In this document: positions 19,622 to 36,731 of the stretch, in pieces
Layout of the letters: the number at the start of each line of letters is the position of its first letter
How positions within the stretch are numbered: position 1 is the first letter of the stretch
Sequence record: PV173775
Length of the DNA stretch: 64,000 bases
Reading direction: 5' to 3' (one strand)
From: Escherichia phage GEP001
Notes under the pieces: generated by a model
What the model saw: the letters and a program-made list of their open reading frames with translations, nothing else
Told to the model about the DNA's origin: nothing
Database searches by the model: none
Program-made: the position numbers and the translations under genes

Positions 19622-20626
19622 ATGTTTAAAAAGTATAGCAGTCTTGAAAATCATTACAATTCTAAATTCATTGAAAAACTTTATAGTTTAGGATTGACTG
19701 GCGGCGAATGGGTAGCTCGCGAAAAGATTCACGGTACAAACTTTTCATTGATTATTGAGCGTGATAAAGCAACTTGTGCTAAACGTACTGGACCGATTCT
19801 TCCTGCTGAAGATTTCTTTGGGTATGAAATTATTCTAAAGAATTATACTGATTCCATTAAAGCAGTACAAGATATTATGGAAACTTCAGCAGTTGTATCT
19901 TATCAAGTCTTTGGCGAATTCGCTGGACCTGGTATTCAGAAGAATGTCGATTATGGCGATAAAGATTTTTATGTATTTGACATTATTGTTACTACCGAAA
20001 GTGGTGATGTGACTTATGTCGATGATTATATGATGGAATCATTCTGTAATACATTTAAATTTAAAATGGCTCCACTTTTAGGTCGCGGTAAATTTGAAGA
20101 GCTTATTAAATTGCCAAATGATTTAGATTCTGTCGTTCAAGATTATAATTTTACAGTAGACCATGCTGGATTAGTTGATGCAAATAAATGCGTTTGGAAT
20201 GCCGAAGCAAAAGGCGAAGTATTTACCGCTGAAGGTTATGTATTGAAACCTTGTTATCCTTCTTGGATGCCTAACGGAAATCGTGTAGCTATTAAATGCA
20301 AGAACTCTAAATTTAGTGAAAAGAAAAAGTCTGATAAGCCTATTAAAGCTAAAGTTGAGCTGTCAGAAGCTGATAATAAATTGCTGGGAATTTTAGCTTG
20401 CTACGTTACACTGAACCGAGTAAATAACGTTATTTCTAAAATTGGCGAAATTGGTCCAAAGGATTTTGGAAAGGTGATGGGACTAACTGTTCAAGATATT
20501 TTGGAAGAAACTTCTCGTGAAGGTATTACTTTAACTCAAGCGGATAATCCTTCTTTGATTAAGAAGGAATTAGTTAAAATGGTACAAGATGTACTTCGTC
20601 CGGCTTGGATTGAATTAGTGAGTTAA
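19622..20626 (+). CDS. rnlB: RNA ligase 2 (Rnl2)
   Basis: 334 aa; nucleotidyltransferase lysine motif K-I-H-G ([10 protein letters not shown]). Confidence 0.9.
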   Translation: MFKKYSSLENHYNSKFIEKLYSLGLTGGEWVAREKIHGTNFSLIIERDKATCAKRTGPILPAEDFFGYEIILKNYTDSIKAVQDIMETSAVVSYQVFGEFAGPGIQKNVDYGDKDFYVFDIIVTTESGDVTYVDDYMMESFCNTFKFKMAPLLGRGKFEELIKLPNDLDSVVQDYNFTVDHAGLVDANKCVWNAEAKGEVFTAEGYVLKPCYPSWMPNGNRVAIKCKNSKFSEKKKSDKPIKAKVELSEADNKLLGILACYVTLNRVNNVISKIGEIGPKDFGKVMGLTVQDILEETSREGITLTQADNPSLIKKELVKMVQDVLRPAWIELVS

Positions 20627-20630
20627 ATAA

Positions 20631-20652
20631 AAAGGGACCGAAAGGTCCCTTT
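20631..20652. terminator. bidirectional hairpin terminator between rnlB and gene 24
   Basis: AAAGGGACC-GAAA-GGTCCCTTT then TGTTTTATT; same GGGACCGAAAGGTCCC core as the hairpin at 7110. Confidence 0.65.
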
Positions 20653-20655
20653 GTT

Positions 20656-21939
20656 TTATTCATCAACGATAATTTTTGGTAGCTTAACACCCAATAAAAC
20701 AGACAAATCTGAACGACCCGCCATTTTATCCATGTCTCCACCATCAATTATTCTTGCTTCTTTTTCATCTTTTGCTACAGTGTAAGGATTTGCAGATAAA
20801 GCATATCTAACCAATAAACCGATAGATGGCTGCAAACTTTCTGGATCAACTACAACTTTAAATGCACCTACATGTTCAGGGTCATCTAAGTCAAGACCTT
20901 CTGTATACGGAGCATAGAAAATTGATCCAACAATTTCTTTTTCGCCAATATTTTCTACCACACCGACGATTACATAATCTAATGGGCTGTTAGTATCGCA
21001 ATAAAGCGGTAAACCATTAGCTAAAAACCCGTAGGCATTTTGTGAAAGATATTTATCATCTTCTGGTTTATGTTTTAACCAACCTGATGCAGCAAGAATC
21101 GCAGCAGCACGAGCTGAAGCAACACAGAACGTTGCTGTATAAGTTGATTCTTTTTGGATATGTGAAACCATTTCACATACCATTCGGTATAATGAACGAC
21201 CAGCTTCAGGTGCAGATGCATAGCTCAAATCAATGAATCCAGTGTCAGTAATTCCTGTAACTTTATATCGTTTTGATACTGTAATCAAAGACTGTAGAAT
21301 ATCTTTATTGATTTCATCCGCCATTTCAGTTGCAAGCAAATCTTCCAAGAAATTAGGAGCATCGAATCCATTTGCTTCTAAATCTTGTGCTAATTCAACT
21401 GTGATGCCAGTTTTAAGTTTACGAGATTTAACTGCGGTTTGCCATTTATTAATCTGGAATCTAGCATCCGCAATTTCGCTATCAGAGCTTTCAAATTTGC
21501 TCGTTGACGCTGCGTCAGAAAATAGACGAACCTTTAAAAGAACAATTGCAATCTGAAGAGCTAATTCTAAATCGCTTTCTTCAATAGTAGCAAATGGTGT
21601 ATCTTCTAATACTTTATAGACGATATTATTGTATTTGAATAAATCGCCTTTATTGAGAGTTAATTTAGACTCTTCTGTTAATTCTGTGATTTGTTCTCGG
21701 TCTACATATCCAGCTTCGCCAGCGTAAGTAGCACCAGTTTTAAATGTAAATTCGTTATCTGGATTAAGGTATTTGATACCATAAAAAGCAGCAACAGGTT
21801 GATTAGTTCTTTGCGTTGCTACAATGTCAGAATATATTAATTTAGTGGTAGCGCGAGTCAAAGCAACGAGATTTGGGCGACCGATTGAGTTGCTATTCGT
21901 TGTGGTTGATTCGCGCAGAAGTTCGTTGATTTTAGCCAT
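20656..21939 (-). CDS. 24: capsid vertex protein (T4 gp24)
   Basis: 427 aa as T4 gp24; late promoter at 21968-21975. Confidence 0.9.
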   Translation of the reverse strand: MAKINELLRESTTTNSNSIGRPNLVALTRATTKLIYSDIVATQRTNQPVAAFYGIKYLNPDNEFTFKTGATYAGEAGYVDREQITELTEESKLTLNKGDLFKYNNIVYKVLEDTPFATIEESDLELALQIAIVLLKVRLFSDAASTSKFESSDSEIADARFQINKWQTAVKSRKLKTGITVELAQDLEANGFDAPNFLEDLLATEMADEINKDILQSLITVSKRYKVTGITDTGFIDLSYASAPEAGRSLYRMVCEMVSHIQKESTYTATFCVASARAAAILAASGWLKHKPEDDKYLSQNAYGFLANGLPLYCDTNSPLDYVIVGVVENIGEKEIVGSIFYAPYTEGLDLDDPEHVGAFKVVVDPESLQPSIGLLVRYALSANPYTVAKDEKEARIIDGGDMDKMAGRSDLSVLLGVKLPKIIVDE

Positions 21940-21967
21940 TGCGCTTTCCTTGTTGAGAGTATATGTT

Positions 21968-21975
21968 TATTTATA
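21968..21975 (-). promoter_or_regulatory. late promoter for gene 24
   Basis: TATAAATA on minus strand about 30 nt upstream of gene 24 start. Confidence 0.6.
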
Positions 21976-21983
21976 AAAGTTGT

Positions 21984-22012
21984 TTACAGCAAGGTTATCA
22001 CATGTTACTATA
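21984..22012 (+). promoter_or_regulatory. sigma70-type early promoter for the 88-aa ORF between genes 24 and 23
   Basis: AAAGTTGTTTACA with -35 TTTACA, 17 nt spacer, -10 TACTAT. Confidence 0.6.
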
Positions 22013-22041
22013 GACCTATCAAAAACATGAGGAGATTAAAA

Positions 22042-22308
22042 ATGAACAAGTTAAACTTTATTCGTACTACTCTGTCCGCTCTTGATAAAGACATCAAAGC
22101 CCTGGTAGAAAAATATGGTTCCAATCCTAACGGTAATGCAGTGAATGCCCTAGTTAAGAAATATGAAACCATGGCTTATGCTACTGACTTCTGGTGGAAC
22201 GGTGAATATTCTACCCATACCAAAGACAAATCTGGTAACTGGCTGAAAATCCAAGAAAATCGTATTGACTTCCGTGACATCATCAACCGTCGAGTTAAGA
22301 TTGCGTAG
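22042..22308 (+). CDS. hypothetical early protein, 88 aa (cassette between genes 24 and 23)
   Basis: ATG at 22042 with SD GAGGA (track ORF starts 22027); early promoter 21984-22012; hairpin 22322-22343; opposite strand to flanking late genes. Confidence 0.55.
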   Translation: MNKLNFIRTTLSALDKDIKALVEKYGSNPNGNAVNALVKKYETMAYATDFWWNGEYSTHTKDKSGNWLKIQENRIDFRDIINRRVKIA

Positions 22309-22321
22309 TATAGAAACAAGA

Positions 22322-22343
22322 ATGGGAGACCGAAGTCTCCCAT
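22322..22343. terminator. bidirectional hairpin between the 88-aa ORF and gene 23
   Basis: ATGGGAGAC-CGAAG-TCTCCCAT between convergent gene ends. Confidence 0.6.
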
Positions 22344-22357
22344 AATAAGGTTATATC

Positions 22358-23923
22358 TTAGATACCTTTAACATATACACGGCGGAAGTAAGCGTTTTTA
22401 CCAAGGCTATTCAGAATAGAAGGCATACCGCTCTGGATGCGAGAAGCCGGAGCCTGAGCAGCGGATTCTGCAAATGGGTTGATACCGATACCGTAACGAG
22501 TTTTGAATCCCATTACTGGTTGGAAGTTCTTCGGATCAGAACCACGCAGCGGAGTCAGAGCTACATATGGAGCATAGTAAATACCAGCATCCATTTCGTT
22601 CGGACCTTTATAACCTACAGTGAAATAATCCTGTTTAGCATACTGGTCGATATATACACGGTATTTACCACCCAGAACACCAGCAAATACTGACTTGGTA
22701 GTATCAGTGTTAAAGCCGGTAGCCAGACCCTGTGCAGCATAAGAAATGCCAGTATCAACTGAAGCCAGAACGTTAACTACGTTACGGGAAGCGATAATGA
22801 AGTTACCTTCACCACGACCGGTCTGACGAGCAATTTCAACTGCTTCTTTGTCAATCTGGAACAACAGAGCTTTAAAGGATTCACCCGCCCAGCGAGCACC
22901 ACGAATATCAATCGGATCCTGGAAGTCAAATACACCAGCTTTAGAACCCGGAGTCAGGGTCATACCAGATTTACCAACCTGAGCTGAGTAGTTAATCCAA
23001 TCAACAACTTCACGGTTGATTTCCAGCATGATTTCGGTAGCCAGAATACCAGACAGTTCAGCATCAGCATCCATACCGTGAACAGCGCGGAGGTCTTGTG
23101 CTAATTCGATAGAGTAAGCAGCTTTCAGCTGACGAGATTTAGCTTCGATAACTTGTTTATCGATACGGAAGCCCATTTCATTCCATGGGTTATCGGTAGA
23201 ACCGTTGAAACCTTCCTGGAGTTCAGCGATAGAAGTAGCCATACCTTCAGCGATTTCTACCAATGCACCAGCTTCCATTTGTTTCTTAATTTCAGCATCT
23301 AATTTAGCTGCATCAGTTGCGCTTGCACTAATTGTTACTTGAGCAGAAGCCTGCAGATACACAGTACCAGTGTCCTGGAAGAAGTGAGTATAGATATCAC
23401 CTACTGTGGTTTCTGTGCTAGCAGCCAGAGCCGGGAATTTCTTAGCAGCGCCCTGACCAGAGAACATTGCATCTGGACCATACATTGGGTGGAATGCTTC
23501 TTTAGCGCCGGCAGCGATTGGGTCTTTACCATATACTGCGCGCAGTGCGAATACCTGACCGGTCGGGCTGTTCATCGGCTGAACACCGCAAATATCGAAA
23601 GCAATCAGGTTAGGAATAGCACGACGTACCATACCCATAACAGCTGGGCCAATCTGAGTTACTGCGCCAGAAGTCTGACCAGCAGCGATGTTAGTAGCGT
23701 TGTAACCGTGGTCACCACCGATTTCAGCTTCTGTTAAGAAAGAACCGAATGCCTGAGCAATTTTTTCGTCTTTGTACTCTGGAGCTGTCTGGAAATCTTT
23801 TTCCTGGTTTTCAAAGATTTTAGCGATAATCGCTTGTTTGCTATTAGCAATTTCCGGTAAACCTTCACCTTCCAGTAATGGCTTCCATTTGTTCAAAAGT
23901 TCAGCTTTAGTTTTGATAGTCAT
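22358..23923 (-). CDS. 23: major capsid protein (T4 gp23)
   Basis: 521 aa; N-terminus MTIKTKAELLNKWKPLLEGEGLPEIANSKQAIIAKIFENQ matches T4 gp23 as recalled. Confidence 0.95.
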   Translation of the reverse strand: MTIKTKAELLNKWKPLLEGEGLPEIANSKQAIIAKIFENQEKDFQTAPEYKDEKIAQAFGSFLTEAEIGGDHGYNATNIAAGQTSGAVTQIGPAVMGMVRRAIPNLIAFDICGVQPMNSPTGQVFALRAVYGKDPIAAGAKEAFHPMYGPDAMFSGQGAAKKFPALAASTETTVGDIYTHFFQDTGTVYLQASAQVTISASATDAAKLDAEIKKQMEAGALVEIAEGMATSIAELQEGFNGSTDNPWNEMGFRIDKQVIEAKSRQLKAAYSIELAQDLRAVHGMDADAELSGILATEIMLEINREVVDWINYSAQVGKSGMTLTPGSKAGVFDFQDPIDIRGARWAGESFKALLFQIDKEAVEIARQTGRGEGNFIIASRNVVNVLASVDTGISYAAQGLATGFNTDTTKSVFAGVLGGKYRVYIDQYAKQDYFTVGYKGPNEMDAGIYYAPYVALTPLRGSDPKNFQPVMGFKTRYGIGINPFAESAAQAPASRIQSGMPSILNSLGKNAYFRRVYVKGI

Positions 23924-23941
23924 TTGTGTTAACCTTTAAAA

Positions 23942-24751
23942 TTAGAAACGAGATGCGACTTTCGCATATACACTTACAATATCTTCTGCACCAGGTGCAG
24001 CTTTATCTTCTACAGCTTCAGTGACGAAATTCAGTCCGGCTGCTTCAGTATCAGGAGTATTTATACCCTCAGTAATAGTGCTTTCATCTTTATTAGACTT
24101 CTTCACCATTTCTACGATGGCACTCAATTTATTTGAGAATTCATCTGAATAATCCATACCTTCGACCAGAGCAGAGACTTTTTCTTTTTGAGACTCAGTC
24201 AGATCTTTAGTACTTTCGCTCAATGCCACTTCACGCTGCACATAATTGATATATGCGTCGCGCATATTGAGTTCTTCGAACAGACGAGCTGATTCTTCTT
24301 TATGTTCTTGCAGCTCTTCTTCCATTTCAGCCACAACATCAACTGATTCTTCTGGAACAACAACGTTGTGTTCAACAAAGAGCTCTTTTAATCCACCAAG
24401 CATGGATTCAAACAGTTCGGCTTTGATGCCTTTATCAACTGCTAATTTATTTTCAGCGAGCCATTCTTTCGCAAGATGGTCAATGAATTTAGAAGCTTGC
24501 TCAGCGATTTTCTTCTCAGCTTTTTCTTCGGCTTCTTCTTTATTTTTTTCTACTTCTTCTTCTGCTTTTTCAGCAATTTTAGCGATATGAGATTCAGCTA
24601 ATTTAACGGCGTGCTGCTTGACGGTAGCTTCGAATACAGTGCCGAAAGTTTCTTTTGCTTCCGGAGAAATATTAACTGATTCGAAAATACTATCAAGAGC
24701 AACGGAAGCATCAATTTTTTGCGCTTCAGCAATCAGTTGTTCTTTAAGCAT
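23942..24751 (-). CDS. 22: prohead core scaffold protein (T4 gp22)
   Basis: 269 aa, Glu/Lys-rich coiled coil; synteny 21-22-23. Confidence 0.9.
   Translation of the reverse strand: MLKEQLIAEAQKIDASVALDSIFESVNISPEAKETFGTVFEATVKQHAVKLAESHIAKIAEKAEEEVEKNKEEAEEKAEKKIAEQASKFIDHLAKEWLAENKLAVDKGIKAELFESMLGGLKELFVEHNVVVPEESVDVVAEMEEELQEHKEESARLFEELNMRDAYINYVQREVALSESTKDLTESQKEKVSALVEGMDYSDEFSNKLSAIVEMVKKSNKDESTITEGINTPDTEAAGLNFVTEAVEDKAAPGAEDIVSVYAKVASRF
24058..24065 (-). promoter_or_regulatory. candidate late promoter for gene 23, inside 3' end of gene 22
   Basis: TATAAATA on minus strand about 135 nt upstream of gene 23 ATG. Confidence 0.4.
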
Positions 24752-24781
24752 TTTGTAGTCCTGTTGTTTAGATAATAATAT

Positions 24782-25420
24782 TTATAACGCTTTTTTCATG
24801 GCCTCTGCGAGAGCCATATAGGCGTCATCGGCACTTGTATCGGCTTCCGCCGTCTGTGATTCGGTAATTTCCTTAGGAGTTACCCATGCATCTGGAGCAC
24901 TTGGACCCCATACTGCATCAACACCTACAGTTAATTTGAATCCTTCGTTTACGATACGATAACCTTTATTTGTGTCAGTCAATGAACCTAATCCACGAGA
25001 AGAAACTCCTGGAATCCATCCGGCACGAATATTAGCTGCTAATTTATCTCCAGGACCGTGGTCACCTTCAATAACACGAGCTCGTCCGTATACGTCATTT
25101 CCTTTCCACCACATATCTTCTATAATGATAGCGGCTTGCATCGGGTCAACATTAGCGCGTGGAGGATGATTTAATTCTCCGAGAGCTTGTTTAGTTAAAA
25201 CTTGCTCATTAATATAGTCTTTTACCGCTTTTTCTAATATGCGTTTTGGATAAAGACGTTTATTTCTATTGACGACTTCTGCTTGCATGAATATTCCTTC
25301 GATGTATAAACCCGGTTTTAAACCTAAGTCTTTTCCATCGTGGGATTCAAGCATTGGCACACCATCAATAATTTCGCCAGGTTGACCCCAAGTTTCAATT
25401 AGTAATTGGGGTTCATTCAT
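24782..25420 (-). CDS. 21: prohead core protease (T4 gp21)
   Basis: 212 aa as T4 gp21; synteny. Confidence 0.9.
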   Translation of the reverse strand: MNEPQLLIETWGQPGEIIDGVPMLESHDGKDLGLKPGLYIEGIFMQAEVVNRNKRLYPKRILEKAVKDYINEQVLTKQALGELNHPPRANVDPMQAAIIIEDMWWKGNDVYGRARVIEGDHGPGDKLAANIRAGWIPGVSSRGLGSLTDTNKGYRIVNEGFKLTVGVDAVWGPSAPDAWVTPKEITESQTAEADTSADDAYMALAEAMKKAL

Positions 25421-25845
25421 TAGCTTAATCCTAATGCTTTACGGCGTTTAAGAGCTTTTTTACGCTTACGCTGAGCACGAGATTGACCTGCTGGATTGGC
25501 AATCTTCGTTTTGGTAGCTTTGCGAGCAATTTGTCTACGTTTTGCTTTAGACAGCCCAGTGGTTTGAAATGCATTACGTTCGCGTGTTTTGCGGTCTTTA
25601 GTACGTGTAATTTCACCACGAGCTGAAACGTGCTTAACAATGAATTCATTTAACGGCATGTTTTCATTAATAGAAGCTAATGCAACTGCTAAATCAGTTT
25701 CATCATCAAGCATATTCTCGACAATTGTATTTATATCGTCTTTATTTAAAGCAGAAGACAATTCGTCAAAGCGACCCTGTGCTTCAGGAATAAGTGCTTC
25801 GACATTCTCGAGAACTAATTCATGAGTTTCAGGGATCAGAAGCAT
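25420..25845 (-). CDS. 68: prohead core protein (T4 gp68)
   Basis: 141 aa as T4 gp68. Confidence 0.8.
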
Positions 25846-26074
25846 TATTCATCATCCTCGTCTTCGTCATCTTCGTCTTTTTTGTCGTCTTTATCATCAC
25901 CGTCTTCGTCATCATCCTCGTCTTCAGGTTCTTCACCTTCGATTAAGAAATTACGAGCGATAGCGATTTTTTCTTCTTTAATTAAATCAATCGTTCTTGC
26001 AGCCATGGCTTCAGCAAATAATTTACGAGCGGCTACGAGGTCGTTTGATTTAATAGCTTCAATTAAACCTTCCA

Positions 26075-26075
<1 letters not shown>
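25845..26075 (-). CDS. 67: prohead core protein (T4 gp67), polyacidic C-terminus
   Basis: 76 aa ending [29 protein letters not shown]. Confidence 0.8.
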
Positions 26076-27700
<1,625 letters not shown>

Positions 27701-27732
27701 TTAAGCAGGATGGGGATTTCTCCCCATTCATT

Positions 27733-28224
27733 TTATTCCCAATAATCGAGAGCGAGAGTTACTTCAAAGGTTTGGATTTCATTGTTTGAATCCCAATCTA
27801 ACTGAAGTTCACCCACGTTAGTAGGCCACAGGCCTTTAATTTCGACTTCTTTTGTTACAGTTTTAGCGTCACGAGCATATTGGCGTACAATAGCACTCTT
27901 TTTATACTCTGCTGGTTTTCCACCAGTAATTTCGTTTCCTTGCCCAGCAGCAATGCTTTGCCAATCAACAAACTTCTGACGTGCATCATGCGCCTCATCA
28001 TTCATTACTGTAATAGTCCAGTCATCGAATGTACGATCGCCTGCTACGTTAATTTTACGGTTCATAAATCCGACTGGAATTTTTTCTACAATACCAGCTG
28101 GTAAAGCAGTGGCTTTACATTGAAACGTAAAATTTTGTCCAAGATAAGAAATTTCTACTTGGAATAAGTTAGGTCGAGCAAAATCACCAGATTCAAACGC
28201 TCGTGTTACATCATCTACAAACAT
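27733..28224 (-). CDS. 19: tail tube protein (T4 gp19)
   Basis: 163 aa as T4 gp19; late promoter at 28239-28246. Confidence 0.9.
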   Translation of the reverse strand: MFVDDVTRAFESGDFARPNLFQVEISYLGQNFTFQCKATALPAGIVEKIPVGFMNRKINVAGDRTFDDWTITVMNDEAHDARQKFVDWQSIAAGQGNEITGGKPAEYKKSAIVRQYARDAKTVTKEVEIKGLWPTNVGELQLDWDSNNEIQTFEVTLALDYWE

Positions 28225-28238
28225 ATTAGCCTCTGTAG

Positions 28239-28246
28239 TATTTATA
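28239..28246 (-). promoter_or_regulatory. late promoter for gene 19
   Basis: TATAAATA on minus strand upstream of tail tube gene. Confidence 0.6.
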
Positions 28247-28340
28247 TCCCTATGTTTAACCTAGGGCATATAGAATTAAAGAATTAAGGATATAGTGTAT
28301 TTATATGGCCTGCCGAAACAGGCCTTTAGAATGCACCGTA

Positions 28341-30320
28341 TTAACCTGCAAGACCAGTTAACTCATCGAAATCTGCACCTGTAGCAGTTGCTACGAAGTT
28401 CAAGGTAATGTAGTTAATGCTTCTAGCCGGTTGGATGTAGAATGTTGCAACAAACTCATTTCTATCAATTACTGACGGAGTGTTATTTGTTGTATCGCAA
28501 ACTACACGATATTCATAAATTCCACCGAGAGCTTTAATTCCCTGTAAGTATTGGGCAGTTTCTGTGCGGAATGATGAACGAGTAAACGCGTTGTTTAATT
28601 CGAACAAACGATATTTTGAACTACGTCCGATATTCGTTTTCAACATATTAAACAGACGACGAACGTTAATACGATCAAATGGAGAAGGAACAGAAGTAGC
28701 TGTTTTATCACCATATAATACGTAACCATCACCACCTGTACCAGTTACTGGGTTGATAGCTTCTTGATATAAACGGTCGCGCTGAGCTTGGCGAGTTTCA
28801 ATAGCAAGTTTAATAACGTTAAGAATCTGGCCGCGATTATAACCAGCTGGAGACATCCAAGTCTGAGAAACGTTATCGGTTCTTGCACATAAACCGGCAA
28901 TATCAGCTGCTAATGGAACCCAGCGATTGACATCATTATATTTGTCATACTGATATTTGTAGTTACCATCAATTGCTGCGTAGGTTGAACTGATATTAAA
29001 GTTATTATCAGTGTATGAACCTGTTGCGGTTCTCCAATTGACTAAGTTGTCAACAGCGCGAGTTACAGGAATTCCAACTACAGTTTCGCGCGGTGGTGAG
29101 CACAATACTAAGCAATCCTGGCGAGCATCCCCAATCGAAACGACGTGTTTTTGGACAGTAGATGCTGTTTCCAAAGATTCACCGGCACAAGAACCCGCAA
29201 TAAACAACTGAACGTCAACAGATTCACGGTCAGCAAAGAAGTCCCAAGCTTCCATCAAATCTCCTGCTGTTACTTCAGCATTTGATGATAATCCACCAGA
29301 CAGAGTTAAAATTCCAGAGAATCCTTCTGGCCAGTTTTGTGCAGTTGCGAAAATATATTCTGAACCGCCTTTTGCGAAAAAGTCATCAATGTAGATGTTA
29401 CTATCGTAAATATCTTTTTCACCACGCTTTGTTGAAAGAACAACGCTTTGAACAATAGCATCATTACGACGAACTATAATAGCGTATTGCGAATCAGTTT
29501 GTGGTCCATATCCAAACACTGCCTTAGCAGTAGATGCGCGTGTTCCGCCACCTGGATAAATTGGGAGTAATGCAGAAGCTCCTTTTGCGTAGTCAGCTTT
29601 AGATACGATTTCAATTTCGATTTTATCGCCCAACTCGCCTGGATAAAGAGCTACTACTCCTGGAATTCCATATTTTTCGAGATTTGTTTGAAATTCAACT
29701 GCTGTCATAGCAGCTTCAGCATTTTCAATCTCAGCTAATAAAATACCGGAATCAGTAATAATTTTTCCAAGAGTTATTACTGCAGCTAAACCAGATGAAG
29801 ACGAAGAAATTTCCGCGGTCCAGTTAGAACCTAATGCTGGATATTCACCGACTTCTTTCGCTTTAGCGATAATTTTTGCAGTAGGAATATTAATTTTCTT
29901 AATTTTTCCATCAGCATCTACTTCGGTAATTTTACCTTCCGTTTCAATGTCTTCTGAAACATACTTAACTGTGATTTTATCTCCAACCGCGTAGTTACTA
30001 CCTGGGGTAGAAATAGTGTATTCAATATTACCAGCAATCGGAGATGAGTTTTTAGCGGTATCTCTATCGACAGCACGCACAACTCGCAAATCATTTCCGT
30101 ATTGTAAGAAATTCATTGCAGACATAAAATAATCAGCAGTTTCAGCTGTAGGTTGACCAAAAGTATTAACTAAATCTACTTCATTTGTAACCTGTTTGAT
30201 CTGAAAAGCAGGACCCCACTGGAATTTACCGGCCAAAGCTGCTGTACCAGTAGAGTTATTAACCACGGTGCTTTGAACCGTAGTTTCTTTGAGCTCAATG
30301 CCCGGAGATAATAAAGTCAT
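28341..30320 (-). CDS. 18: contractile tail sheath protein (T4 gp18)
   Basis: 659 aa as T4 gp18; late promoter at 30349-30356. Confidence 0.9.
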   Translation of the reverse strand: MTLLSPGIELKETTVQSTVVNNSTGTAALAGKFQWGPAFQIKQVTNEVDLVNTFGQPTAETADYFMSAMNFLQYGNDLRVVRAVDRDTAKNSSPIAGNIEYTISTPGSNYAVGDKITVKYVSEDIETEGKITEVDADGKIKKINIPTAKIIAKAKEVGEYPALGSNWTAEISSSSSGLAAVITLGKIITDSGILLAEIENAEAAMTAVEFQTNLEKYGIPGVVALYPGELGDKIEIEIVSKADYAKGASALLPIYPGGGTRASTAKAVFGYGPQTDSQYAIIVRRNDAIVQSVVLSTKRGEKDIYDSNIYIDDFFAKGGSEYIFATAQNWPEGFSGILTLSGGLSSNAEVTAGDLMEAWDFFADRESVDVQLFIAGSCAGESLETASTVQKHVVSIGDARQDCLVLCSPPRETVVGIPVTRAVDNLVNWRTATGSYTDNNFNISSTYAAIDGNYKYQYDKYNDVNRWVPLAADIAGLCARTDNVSQTWMSPAGYNRGQILNVIKLAIETRQAQRDRLYQEAINPVTGTGGDGYVLYGDKTATSVPSPFDRINVRRLFNMLKTNIGRSSKYRLFELNNAFTRSSFRTETAQYLQGIKALGGIYEYRVVCDTTNNTPSVIDRNEFVATFYIQPARSINYITLNFVATATGADFDELTGLAG

Positions 30321-30348
30321 TTTTAATCCTCTTTAATATGCTTTAATA

Positions 30349-33489
<3,141 letters not shown>

Positions 33490-33530
33490 GATTTCTCCTA
33501 ATCTGGGCTTTAATTAGTTTATAATATTTA

Positions 33531-35232
<1,702 letters not shown>

Positions 35233-35245
35233 TTAAAAATCCTTT

Positions 35246-35263
35246 GGGGCCTTGCGGCCCCAT
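35246..35263 (-). terminator. hairpin between wac and gene 13
   Basis: TGGGGCC-TTGC-GGCCCCA in the 32 nt intergenic space. Confidence 0.4.
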
Positions 35264-35264
35264 G

Positions 35265-36722
35265 TTATGCTGGTGATAAAAAGGTAGAAAGTAGTACCCA
35301 TTCGCCGTCTTTACGAACGTAAGCTTGACCATCCTTTGGAGCTTCAGGAATATAACCTGCTTCCTGTAAAGTCTGAACATCCCCCTGTAATGAAGATACA
35401 TTACTTTTAATACTACGCATTTCTTGATTAATAGAAGAAATGTTAGTTTCATTAGCTTTTATTGAATTAGTTAATCCGCGCTCTTCTACCGTTGAACCAT
35501 TTGGATTTGTGCCGCTTACTAGTTTATTTAGTGCAACAACTTGGCCTTTAATTCCAGTAGTGTTATTACCAATTTCAACTTGTAAGTTTTGAACATCATT
35601 GTTCAGTCTATTAACTGAAGTTTCAATAGTTGAAACCCTATTTAAAAGAGACCCAGGAGGAGAAGGCTGACCTCCGCTAGAATCAGTTCCAACGATTTGA
35701 TTTAACCATGAAACGTTTGCTCGTAGTCCAGATGAAGTGTTTTCACCAACAATTCCATTTAAAAACTCAATAGATGTTGTATTATCTTTAATTCTACCTT
35801 TAATACTAGAAGGAATATCATCTGAGCCAATTGACGTTTCAATGACAGTCAATCGTTGTTTAATACCTCCGCTTTTATTTAGTTCATCATTTAAAGCTGA
35901 AACTTCTCGTGTATTAGTGTTAACATCTGTGATTATTGAAGTATTTCCTGGATATCCAATAGAAGTTTTGATAGATTTAATTTCGGAACTAAGATTAATT
36001 TGAGATTGATCTAAATTATGCACACGTGAATATATGCTTTCACTGAATGAAGATGGTCTTTGTCCAAGTTCTTGTCTAAGATTTCCGACTTCAATTGTCA
36101 GTGAACCTACATCAGATTCAATAAATTTTTCTTCCAAATCACTTAGACGTATTCCTTGGGAAGTTATAGCATCTGTATTATTAATGATGCGGTGCTTCAT
36201 ACCCGTGCTGCTATTTCCTACAACAGGAAGACCATTAATGTCTTGCCCAGCATATTGTCCTAATTCCCTTTTAATCCATAACAAATCATTTCTAATTGTT
36301 CTATAAACTGAATTTGCTTGCGAATTAAATGGACCAATATCAGAAAGAATATTATCAACCGTAGTATTTGTACCATTTAATATATCAGTATGTTCATTCG
36401 TGAGTGTCTTTAAATTTGATATATCATTTTTATTAACACTGATCTGTGATAGCGCTTCTATATCTCCTGATACATCTAAAATGCCTTGAATGGTTTTAAT
36501 ATCTTCCTGAGATGTTTCAATGGCAGTTTTAAGAATTCCTACATTTTCGTCGAGAACCTCGACATTTTTAAACACAGAAACAGTTGGTCTATTCATTGAC
36601 CCATCGTTTCCATACTTAGTACTAGCTCCTAATATTTCTTCACCATTTTTAATCCATGAAATACGTTCCTGACCTTCGCCAGGAACGCTATCAACAAAAG
36701 GTAACTCTTTTAATTCAATCAT
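35265..36722 (-). CDS. wac: fibritin (whisker antigen control) with C-terminal foldon
   Basis: 485 aa; C-terminus [27 protein letters not shown] is the foldon trimerisation motif (T4 has R where this has K, from memory); heptad-rich body. Confidence 0.9.
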   Translation of the reverse strand: MIELKELPFVDSVPGEGQERISWIKNGEEILGASTKYGNDGSMNRPTVSVFKNVEVLDENVGILKTAIETSQEDIKTIQGILDVSGDIEALSQISVNKNDISNLKTLTNEHTDILNGTNTTVDNILSDIGPFNSQANSVYRTIRNDLLWIKRELGQYAGQDINGLPVVGNSSTGMKHRIINNTDAITSQGIRLSDLEEKFIESDVGSLTIEVGNLRQELGQRPSSFSESIYSRVHNLDQSQINLSSEIKSIKTSIGYPGNTSIITDVNTNTREVSALNDELNKSGGIKQRLTVIETSIGSDDIPSSIKGRIKDNTTSIEFLNGIVGENTSSGLRANVSWLNQIVGTDSSGGQPSPPGSLLNRVSTIETSVNRLNNDVQNLQVEIGNNTTGIKGQVVALNKLVSGTNPNGSTVEERGLTNSIKANETNISSINQEMRSIKSNVSSLQGDVQTLQEAGYIPEAPKDGQAYVRKDGEWVLLSTFLSPA

Positions 36723-36731
36723 TTGTAATCC

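Noticed and set aside
24246-24590. 114-aa Ser-rich plus-strand ORF inside gene 22
   Set aside because: Antisense to the Glu/Lys-rich scaffold gene 22; compositional artefact of the opposite strand.
28307-28324. Hairpin GGCCTGCCGAAACAGGCC between genes 19 and 18, considered as a terminator
   Set aside because: On the minus (transcribed) strand it is not followed by a U-run, so it is more likely an RNA stability or processing structure; not called.
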